Shown here: positions 27,247 to 38,900 of the stretch, one piece after another
Position numbering within the stretch: the first letter of the stretch is position 1
Layout: each line of letters opens with the position of its first letter
Assembly: GCF_018977255.1 (NCBI RefSeq)
Contig: NW_024704751.1
Location: forward strand, 9,796,001 to 9,860,000
Direction of reading: 5' to 3'
From: Callorhinchus milii
Taxonomy: Eukaryota
DNA length: 64,000 nt
Translations under genes and position numbers: made by a program
The notes under the pieces: model-generated
Told to the model about the DNA's origin: nothing
What the model saw: only the letters and a program-made list of their open reading frames with translations
The model's database searches: none

Positions 27247-30200
27247 CAGGGTATGGGGTTTGCATTTGACACCAGAGAGAGATAGAGAGCAAATGAGCCA
27301 AGTTCCATACTGATCACAGCCTTTTATTTAAAACCATTTCCATTTAATGACATCATAAGAAGCAAAAAATCAAATCCGCACATTCACTCGCCATTTCTAT
27401 CAAGCTACACGGGAATGATAGAAGTTCTGTCTTAAAAAAACGCAACAACATTCCACACCCACCCATTCTGTGACTGTTACCAGCATTTGGGAACCATACA
27501 CTGCGTCGGTCGGGATCACAGGAAACTCACCGCATTTATTCAAGATTTGGGCAACGGAGGTATTTAAATGCCTGTTTTGGGTCAAAATCTTTTTAACTAA
27601 ACTACCTTTTTAGGAAAATTCCTACATTCAGGAATAACATAACGGAAAATATCACAAGGAGCCAGTGGAATCCGAGCTTTATTTAAGCAGGTTCCAATTT
27701 AAAAATGGTGGATAAACGTCTATTTAGAGACTTAAGAAAAAGCTTTTCCCCTTCTCCCCAGCAAAACCTACAGGCAAAGGTGAACACACTATAGATCTAA
27801 GATCACTTTCTGAACTTTAATTTGCAGCACTGAATGTCTAATGGTTCCTCTTTACCTCACTCAGCAGACATAGGGGACAAGCTGCTGTGCAATACTGCTC
27901 TGTAACAAAATAGGTGAGATGCATCCTCAAACTGCCTTTTTTGACCAAGTGGTAAGCCTTTACCTCCAATTTCCCCACTATTCCCGCCGAGCCAAACCCC
28001 AAAACATGTCCCGAGGAGGGCAAGAAGGGATGAGTTAATAAAGGTACAGCCTTCATTACACAATATGCTGTTCCCCACAACAGACTAAAAACCATCTCAG
28101 GAAGCTTAGGTATAACATGCCTTTTGCCTGGACAGTAGAAGCCATTTACTCTGTTTAGTGTAGTTAGTTTTTATTGAAGTGCTAGTTATCGGAGTATTAT
28201 CCAGTGTAAACTACCCTGTCAGTCGCTTCCATAATCCAACGGCAAATACTCAAGTGTTTTCAAAGTAAATAAGCATTTATATTGTAGCCTCTGCCACCTG
28301 AGCCGCTGGGACAATGTTAGGAATGTGCAAACAAGCTTCCTGATAGTGAGCTCGATGGTACTGGTCAGAAGGTGGAGATTTCAAACAGCAGTTAAATTAC
28401 AATTCCACCACAGCACCAAAAAAAAAAATTCAGACAAGATTATAGAGTAGAATAAAGTCCTTCACCCAACCCTAAACGTGCAACACAGCCCACACTGAAA
28501 CACTTCCTAAGCCCCTGTAATAACAGGACTGAATGGAGCACACGGGAATAATGGTGAAAGGTAATCTGCTTCCTCACCAGAAGGCAGCAGACTGGAGCCC
28601 CAGAATCGCCACGCTCGTTTGGGCATTTATGCCATTTTGGTATTGCAATGTTGCTGGGGGGGGGGGGGGGGTTTAAAAGTAACAGCTTCACTTCCGATCC
28701 CACCACAGACAGCGCTCTCAGCCAGTTGCGGGCCCTGGCAGAATTGGTGTCCCAGGCCGTCACAGCCTAAGACGTGGTATGAAGCGACTCTTGCGGGCAG
28801 ATAAAAGACAAACAGGCTGAGAACATCCGGAAACTTTTTCCCTCTCAAAACGAACTGAATCAGATGCACAGCCCCTCCAGCTCTCTTCATTTGCTGCATT
28901 ACATACCTGCTCACGCTGAGAGAAGAGCCTCATTGACACCAATCAAAACTGCCTTTTGCAAAGTTATCAAACGTGTTGTGCGCTTTCTAAAATACATCTC
29001 TAGCTAGCAGCAATTCACAAATAGATAGAATATTTCTCACCTCAAAGAGGCTTAACGGAATACATTGCCCCCTGTACCATTGGGGGTAGGGAAAGGGTGA
29101 GAGAGGGAGATCAGAATCTTAATCATTCTCTATCAAAGGAAAAACAGCCAATACCTGAGGTTACTGTCTGAACACAGCAGATTCTGTCAGGCTCGCGACA
29201 TCTAGTGTGGATTTAAATAAAAAAAGTAGAAAAATGTAGATCTGAGAATCTAGCAATTTACTGCAGATGATTGGCAGAATTCCACTCACATGAATATTTC
29301 AAACAAAAATGTCTCTCTCCCACCCACCACCCAATTTGCAGATCCCAGGAACACAACTGGTTATAATTATTATTATTTTTTTTGAAAGGGAATATTACCT
29401 CTGGAAAAGCAATCCGCCAATCGACTAACAACTGGTTTCCTATTTACTACCTGGGTAAACAGGCGCGTGGAATGGAGTAAGGAAACTTCCCCTAAGGTTT
29501 TGTCCTGACCGGGAACCAAACCCAGGTCCTCTCGCTTGCGGGTCGAGTGCTCTAACTGCTAAGCTACACAATGTAATTTTGACCCATCACAGACATTACT
29601 ATAACCAACCCATTTGCAACGTTCAGCAAAAAAAAATTCACAGCAAATCCCGACCGTTTCTCTTCACACCATTGGTTCTTTGCCCAGACCATCACTCACA
29701 CATTGTCTTTACATTCCACATTTAAAAACCAATTTGCACATACAATTATGTTTACTTGAAGTTATACTAACTATTTAACCAGTGTAGCGCAAGTCTCAAT
29801 GAACCAAGCTTGAAGGAACTTAAAAGGCAGTTTTTGCTTAAATATAAAAATAAAATTTCTTTTACAATTTGTTATCTAAATTTAGAAGTTGCCAATCACC
29901 CGCACGCACACATTCATACTCAGACATCATAAAAATGGCAGCCATTTTGCTAAGATAAGGAGGGAGCTTGCAGTGTTAGGACCGGTTTATCAATCAGCTG
30001 TAAAACCTTTTTTTTAAAAAAAAGTAAAAAAATGCTCCAAAATTTGATAAATCCGATGAAAACTGTACAAAAAGGCTCAAGATAATTTGCAAATGTTCAG
30101 GTTAAATCAGAATTATTTAGTGTTTCCCAATGGAGCAATGCATGTGATCAAGTCGGCTGTTTGCATTAAAGTCAGTGCTTTCAATATGCTCTGTAATAAT

Positions 30201-30264
30201 ACCCACAGGAAGTCCCGCAGGTGTGCATAGAGGTTACTCAGCAATATTATGGCCAAAAGCATAG

Positions 30265-30505
30265 AAATAATAATAATCCTGGCATTTGATACAGCACCTT
30301 ATCACGTCGTCGAGACGTCTCAAAGCGCTTCACAGAATATACTGTAAAGTGAATCAACTGTACATTTTGTGCACGAAACGCGGCAGCCAATTACGCACAG
30401 CAGCGTCCCACAAACAGTCGTGGATTGAGTGACCAAATTATTCTTATATTTTAAAGAGATTATTACCCCTGGAAAAGCGATCCACCAAACAGGTACCTAC
30501 TTACT
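30265..30505 (-). mobile_element. SINE 3' two-thirds within the putative POM121 3' UTR
   Basis: Deu-like block and tail present. A separate 5'-half copy lies at 29365-29570. Confidence 0.82.
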
Positions 30506-32926
30506 AGACTGACGCTTGTCAAACTTCACAACTTACTGCACACTGCAGCCAAATACAATGCAATTGCCCCACTTTAATGTGAACCACACTTTCACTGGTA
30601 CAAGTGCATAGTAAAGTGTGGATGGAGGTGGGGTGGGCATTAATTGCAGCGATTACAACACATCAGTTGCAAGGAAAGAAAGACCACATGTACCATTGCT
30701 CCTTCTAATTAAATTTGGCTCTAATTTCAAGATTATTCGAGAAGCTTTCAATGAGCCACGTGGAGGGGGGGGGGGGCAGGGAAAACAAACTTTGGAAAAA
30801 TCTGTTGTGTACGTATATAGTCTCCGAAATAAGAAAATTAAAGTAGGCACATTTTGGAGTTGCACCTTAATTAGATGCAAGTACATCGTCAGTTGCAGAT
30901 AAAATATACACGGTATATACACACACATATACAATTCTCAACACTGCCAGCCAAAGTTTTGGTATAAGCCGATGGAATTTGTATTTAACCTTATAGCACC
31001 GGATTTTTTTTTTTTTTTAATAATCTCTATTTGAATCAGTAAAATACTCCTACCTGTGTGAACAGGAAACTCCTCCAAATCTATTCATGACTGCCATTTC
31101 TCCATAGAACACTGTTTAATGTGTCACGCAGTTATAAGTAGCAAAACACTATCGCATCAGATTAGCAAGAGTCAGATTCACATTTATCCAATGAACCAGC
31201 AGAATCCGGCATTACTAACATGCCGCCACGCACACACTGAAATTCTTCCTCCAAATTCGATTCACTGAGCAAAAGAAGTGAGATATACAAGCAAACACTG
31301 ATAACATTACCTTATATAAAAAAAAGGGTGGGGGGGCAGGGGGAGAGAAATGGTCAACACTAGGAGAGTAGCAGGAAGGGAAAGGGGTAGGGGGAAAGAG
31401 TCGGAGAGAGAGAGAGAGGAGAGCTAAATTGGATTATTTTCTTCCCACTTAACTAGTTTAATGAGGTTTTAAAAAAAGAGGCAATAACATCATTCATGGA
31501 GTGGGGGGGACAGGGGAGATAAGAGGTAGACCAGCCTAGCGAAAGTTGTTGATACATGAACTCAAAGAGGCACGAAAAAAATAAAAATAGGTGATTTGGG
31601 TTCACAAGATTCCTTCAAATCGATTGAATTAACAGAATTGTTTGGAGGGGAGGGGTGGAGGGGAAAGGGAGTTAATATCAGCCTCCATTTCATGTTGTCT
31701 TTGGACATAAGCGAACACAGTGAAATGTTTTGAAAACATTACTGTGACCTTCTGCCTTTGAGAAATCCAATTTTTAAAAAAACAATATCAAGTGCAGCGA
31801 TATGTACAAAAGGTTTGGGGTCAAAGAAAAGTCTGCGAATAGCATTTTTTTTTACAGCAACCTTTAAACCAAAAAGTTTCAAGTAAAGTAAAGCTATGTG
31901 GGCTGCTAGTTGGGTCACCCCTTCCTTCACTGCTACACCCTGAACCAAAGTAAAACCACTGCTCTGTACCAACCATCGACTGTCTGGAGTTTGTTTGAAA
32001 ACCTCACTGTAACCTGACATGAGTCACTGTGGTTTCAGCTGGAGTTGCAGCTGGTAATGGAAGGATGTGTTGTGCCAAACTATGAGACTCAAAACCGTGC
32101 CAGGCTGGACTCAGGCTTGGGAGTCAGTTCTCTGCATAAAGAGCTGGCTGTATTCCATGCTCATTTATTGGGCTCACATGCCCAAGACACATAAACTCAG
32201 ACAAGGCTCCCGAGTGACAAGAGTTTTGCAATGGCTTTTCAATGTGTACCAGGCCAGTGTTCACAGCAAGGTGCATCAGGCTACCTGCTTACGTAACCCT
32301 GTGGCCTCTTGAGTGGACGCTTTGTGCAAGGCGCAGTGGGCAATTTCTGAATACTGGAGACGCCTCTATCTCTGCCCTCGGTGGGCTGAGACAGAGGATA
32401 ATAAACATTGAATCAGAACACACAATTCCTTTCTCTCCCACACATCAATAAGCGCAATCAAGAGACTGATGGATGCTGAATGGGTAAAGCTCCCTCTTGG
32501 TAAAACCATTGACCTAATTATTTCAGGAACCTAGTTTCTGTTTCTCTTCTCCGACTAAAGATCTAGCATTTCGTTCACATCCGATTTCCAAGTCACTCGC
32601 TTGACTGTGAAGAATGTATCCAGTTTTTAACTGATAACAGATCATTGTTAATGTTCGAAAAGGAAGGAAAAAAAAAGTCACATTCGAGATACGTTTCAGC
32701 AGCCGTAAGCCATTTGTTCTGACAGTCGAGCCTCCCCACCCCCCCACCCCCTCCCCCAATCCCTAACTTTATACAGGACTTCTTCAGAGTATATTCCGAG
32801 TTTCTGAGGTTAGTTGCCGCCTGCACTTCCATCGTTTAGGGTACAAAAGTAAAAAGTGGTACGGTTCTCAGACAGCTAACACGTGATGTCCTTCTGCATT
32901 GTGTTATTCACATCCTCAATGTCTGT

Positions 32927-35900
32927 CTATCTCTTCCGTTGATGCTGCCGCCTGGCCTGCAATCTCTGTCTGGCTCCTGTGGGTCGAGGTCCAGATCCTA
33001 TGGAAAAGGTTGCTGAGAGCAACAAAATACACAGTCAATTCATTTTACAGTGTATTCTGTGAAGCACTTCAAGACGCTGCCTGGCATGAAGGGCACTATA
33101 TAAAACGCAAGTTATATAAATGCAAGTTGTACTAGTCGCGAAGACACGATAAGGCACTAAATCAAACACAAGGATTATTATTTACTGTAAACACCTGTAA
33201 GGAACATAGGGACAATCTGTCCAGACTCTCCCGACATTTTATCAGATCACTGCTGATTATTTTATCCCATTTCTCTAATGTTTCCGTATCACTTAATAGC
33301 CTTAGGTATCCCCTTAAAAAATTCCCATGGATTCCACCGTGATTGTTGAGTACAATGTTGTTTTGGTGTTGGGGACAGAAGCAGATTCTTACGGAGTCCT
33401 GGAGTCGCTGCTGCTACTGCTGCTGCTCCAGCTACCGGATTCCCGAAGTTTGTGACCGGAGTACCGGGGTTTCCAAAGGAAAAGCCACTAGTTGGGGTAT
33501 TCTGCCCAAAGCCCGGTGCATTAGATCCTGGAAGAACATCAAGGAGAAAATATCAGACAACATATTTGAATACCCTGAGGCACAATACTGCAGGTGCTGT
33601 AAATATGAAATAAAAACAGAAGTGGCTGGGAACACTCAGCAGGTTAGGCAGCATCTATGGAGAGAGGAAAGTCAGTTAACATTTCATCAGAACTGGGGGA
33701 TGTTGGAGGGAACAGTTTACAAGGACAAACAGTGAAGGGGGCAAGGAAAGAAAAAGGAAAAAAAGTTTGATCTCATCACCTCCTGACCGCCACCTAATTT
33801 TTTTTCCTTTGTCATTCTTTCCCTGCCCCCTTCCCTGTTTGTCCCTATAAACTGCTCCCTTCCAACATGGTGTCCTGGCTAAATTCTTCAGCTAAATTAG
33901 TCAGTCGTTTGATGGCTGTTTGTGGAACCCTGCTATGTACAAATTGGCAGTTGCATTAGCCTACAAATACAGTCACTACAGTACAGTACTACAGCAAGGT
34001 TTATTATTGTTAAAACATGATGCTTTATAATTGCTTTGCAGGAATACAGCAGCCCTTGAATTCTCTGGTGGAGATGACTAAGGAAGCAGCCTGTAAGGTT
34101 ATTAGGGCTCTGTCTGCTCAAGAAACTAGTCTTGTGTCATTTCTAGCAAAGCAGCCAGCCTAGAGAGTGACCAGCAAAGGCAGCCGAATCAAGTCAGACT
34201 GAAGCAGATGTTGGAAGCGGGCAAAGCTTGTGACGTTCCATCAACTTACCAGCCCCAACATTCATGCTGCCAGCTCCAAAGTTGAACCCTGGTCAAATTT
34301 AAAAATAAGAAAAATACGGATGATCGCCAGTAAGTACTTATTGATGGTTATCAAGGGGTCCGTCCGTTTGAAGGCCTGAAAACACTGTATTCACCACACT
34401 GACTATGGTGGAGTCATGTGTGGGCTGATATAAGGTTTTGAAGTTCACAAGTAGATGGACAATTTCTATTCTGGCGTTAGATCAATCACAAGGGACAAAA
34501 GGCATTGATCATCCACCCCACAGCTGATTCCTGAAAGTGCTCCACTACCCAGGAAGGACATTTACCCTCCCTTATCCCCCACCAACCCCAGCTCGGGTCT
34601 GAAATGCTGTTCTCTGTCCAGCATCTTGGGACATCCTCCCGACGTGAAAGGCGCTATACAAATGTAATCTTGTTGTTGTAAATATTCCTTGCATTTAGTA
34701 TAATGCTTTATCATTTGGAGTCCTGTAGCTCAGTGGTTAGAGCACTCGCCTTGCAAGTGAGACACCTGGGTTTAATTCCAGGCAGAGGGCGAAACCTTAG
34801 GCAAGTTTCTTTACTCCACACAGAGCCTAATAATAATCCCTCCAATAATAAATCGGTCATTTCAATCCACGACTGTTTGTGGGACGCTGCTGTGCCCAAT
34901 TGGCTGCCGTGTTTTGCTCACAAATACACAATCAATTCACTTTACAGCACATTCTGTGAAGCGCTTTGAGACGTCGAGAAGACGTGAAAAGTGCTATATC
35001 AAATGCAAGGATTATTATTATTATTTCTCATCTTTAAGCACAATGTATGAAGCGAAGAAAAGGAATTACCCACCTCCAAAAGCAGGCTTGTTGTCAGTCG
35101 TTATTGAACCTCCAAAGTTGAACTGCGGAGTGGCCTGGTTGGTGGGTCCGTGGCTAGTCAATGGTGAAGCAAACATATTCTGAGATGACGCTGTGGAGGT
35201 GGAAGCTGCAAACGGGACCAAAGTGCTCGAAGAACTGAATCCACCCTGACCGGCTCCAAAGTTGAAGCCTGCCTGTGTTGCTGTGTTGGGATTCGTCACG
35301 GTCGGCTGACTGGACGAACCAAAGAGAGGCAATTGGGAAGAGCTACCAAAGATGGAGGCCGGAGCACCACTGGCCGAGCTCTTGGTTGTGTTGCCAAACA
35401 AAGAGGAGGAGGTGGTGGTGGAAGAGGTGTTGGTATCAAAGGAGAATCCTGCTGTGGTGCTGCCGAATGTTTGTTGTGTGGAATTGGTTCCAAATCCAGC
35501 CTGAGCGGCCACGGTTGGCGTCTCTCCAAACTGGCTGGCAGATCCAAAGGTAGATGGTGCCGTGGTACTCGGGAAGGCCGGCTGGACAGGAGAGGCTCCG
35601 AAATTGAAGGGAGTGCTGGTGTTCGCAAAGGCAGACGCCTTGGTGGGAGTTTGCTGAGCTGTAACAGCATTGACACCGAATGGTGGTGGGGCGCCAGAAT
35701 TTCCGAATTGAAGCTGGGCCGACTGGCCTCCAAAGGACTGCGTGGCTGTGCCTGTGGTGCTGCCAAACAAAGAGGCTTTTGACGAGTTGCCAAAGCTCAG
35801 TGGGAGCTGGCTTGCTGAAGTCGTGGAGGGAGCAGATACTGTGGCTCCAAAACCTCCGAACATCTTCGAGGTGGCAGGCGTGCTCACTGCTGAGTCCTTG

Positions 35901-38900
35901 GCAGCCACTTTGGGCTGACCAAACGTGGGAGCTGGTGGAGCAGCTGATGAGGGAACTGGATCGGCGGAGGTGTTCCCAAACTGGAACATGGCACTGGGCT
36001 CAGCATTGGTGGCAGTGGTGATGGGTTTAGTCGGGTTTGGGCCAAACTGGAATGGCTGGGCTGCTAAGTTGTTGCTTGCAGAAGAGACTGCGCTAGGCTT
36101 TGTAGAAAGAGGAACACTCAAGCCAAAGCTGAACGTTCCCTTTGAACTCTTCGCTTCCGAATCAGTCTTGGATCCCGCTAAAGAATTGAAGCTCCCAAAA
36201 GGGAAGGTGGTGGTGGAATGAGATGTCACAGAAGTCGTCAGGGCAGCGGTTTCATTGCTGAGCGTGGCTGGAGATGACTGACTGAATGTGAATGGTGAGG
36301 ATGAAGAAGCAGGTGGGACAGACTTTCCAAAGACAGGTTTGAATGCCATTGATGAGGTAGCTGAGCCGGGCGATGTGATCGTTCCTACCGAGCTTACTAA
36401 TGATGTGAGGGGAACCCTGGAGTTCAATGCTGGACTTGCAGTGCTAGTCTGAGCAGTTGTTGGCTGACTAAACACCAGTTTAAACTCAGATGCAGGGACA
36501 GATGAGAGGGTCGGGGTAGAAGTGGCCGTCGCCATTGAGGTCAATGCGCTCGTCAGGCCAAAGCTTGTGCTTGAAGGTGCCACGCTCCTGGCACACACGG
36601 TAATATTGGTTTCAGGGCTTTTGCTGACAACCGTTTCTTGTGTAGGAGCTGGAGTAGAGATCTGGGACATGCTGTTGCTGGTGATGGTGGGGGGCGCAGG
36701 AGACTGATTGACAAGATTTACAAGCGGCTGGGAGATCAAGGGAGACGAGAAGTTCAAAGTGGGAATCGGCTTTGTTGCAGCGCTGTAGGCTGGGGGTGGG
36801 GTGGGCATCTGTCCCATTGTGGTGGTTGTGAAGCAAGGTTCGGAAACTTTAGCTGCATTAGCTGCACTGGTTAAAGTCACTCCAGCAACAGATTCTGAGA
36901 AGAAAAAGAAAAAAAACACGTCGATTGTAAAATCGCTATGGTGGACAGTGCCATTGGCCACCGAGCAAAGTTAAAAGATCCTCTATCAAGGGTTTTGCCA
37001 GAGAACTGAAAAAGGAGGCAGCGCTAACCTACACAACCCACGGCTGCAATTGAAATGGTCATTTCTCCCAAACAGACAGTTGCGATAACACATCAGCTTG
37101 AGAGCAAATGACGTAAACGTTTTAGTGCGCAAACAGGAATTTGACCCAGCAACGGAATTTGGTGCAGGTGACCATCTGTGCAATTACGGGTAACTTTACT
37201 GTCTTGTGGGAGTTAGGATTACCAACAGTATTTAAAAGGGATACTGGACAAGTATTTGAGGAAAATCATTACAGGATATGGGTCAGGAGCAGGGGAATGG
37301 GATAATAATAATCCTTGCATTTGATATAGCGCCTTATTATGTCTTCGAGACATTTCAAAGTGCTTTACAGAATATATTGTAAAGTGAAGAGACTGTATTG
37401 AGGTTAAGAGACAGTGCTGGTACACCTCTTCTGTGCTGTAAACCGTTGACGCTCATTCCAAATGACTGCTGATTAGAACATACCCGAGGTGGCAGCAAGG
37501 CTGGAGGGCTTCTGCATCTTTTTCAGAGTGTCCAGTAGAGGGCTGGAGATGGCCACAGGGCTAGAGAAGGTGACAGGGCTGGAGAAGGCGACAGGACCGG
37601 AGATGGTGACCGGGGCAGAGGTTGCTGTTGTGGTTGGGGGTGCGGAAGTTGTTATAATCGGAGCTGTGAAAACAGTCGTTGGTAAGGGTGTCACTGTTGT
37701 CACAGCAGCTGGTGCTTTTGAAGGTTCTGCGAAGAAACATACTGGTTATTTTAGTTCCCATCGGCTAAGCCACATGTATTCTAACCCTGTAAAGAGAAGA
37801 AAGTTTTTTTCTGGTTGGCATTTATTAGTGCAGCATTTCAGTGCTAAATCAGGCGTGATTACTAAATCAAATTCATTGCAACATTATAAAAAAACTATAA
37901 GCACAGTTGCTTGATATTAACATTCGGTGCTTAAGAGAAAGCATTGTTAAGCTGATGAATGAAACCCAACATTTCACCCTGGCCAGGAATCATACCCTAG
38001 TCCTCTTGCTTTCGAGGCAAGTGCTCTAACCACTAAGCTACAGGACTCCACTAACACACAACAAACACACCGGGCTTACCATCAGATTTTACCACAGAAC
38101 CCAGAATGGAAAAGGTATTTCAACTCGACAGTTTTTCTCACCTTCTTTTTCTTCCAGCACTTTTTTGATCCTGTCCAGACCTGCCTTCTTTTCGGAGTCC
38201 AGATCATCCACCGTGATAGTGTACCCAAGTTGTGGTGGAGGAGGCTGAAGGAAAAACATTCAATTAGAACCATTTTCATACATCAATTCATTTACACATC
38301 AATGTGAACCAATGTAAATTTTATGCAAGTTGCCCCGCCACACTATCTACTCCAAATGGCTCTGCTTACTGCTAGGTAAACAGGTATGTGGAGTAAGGAA
38401 ACATGTCCAACGTTTCGCTCTGCCCGGGAATCAAACCCAGATCCTCTCGCTTGTGTGATAACTAACCACTAAGCTACAGGACTCTATGATAAAGTTCTTG
38501 AAATTACAGTAAATTGTAATCTGCTCCCAAATACCCAATGAGTTGTGAATTGTGATTTAAGAAACAAGAGAGGGATAGAGAGAACTCAGCGTGTAGCAGG
38601 GTAATACTCAACCAGAGTAAGCTGATCGCCTTTGCGCTTGGACAGAAGAGGAACCTTCCGCTTGCGTTTGCCATCACCCTCGGAGGTGGGAGAGTCCACA
38701 GTGGAGGTTGACTGTTTTGATAGAGGAGAGGCCATTTCTGCAAATGGAACACACCAGCATTAGGATACCGAAGCAATTAAATGTTCTTCTGATTTGCATT
38801 CTTCTCATTTGAACATTTGCCTATAAAAATACACAGTCACTACACTATACTTGAGAACCCCCTGCTTGGGTCCAAATCCCTGACTGTCCGGTGCCTTTCC

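Noticed and set aside
34717-34790. tRNA-like sequences (also at 2313, 4470, 50562 and many minus-strand copies)
   Set aside because: No proper acceptor stem or terminator; each runs into the SINE body, so they are SINE heads.
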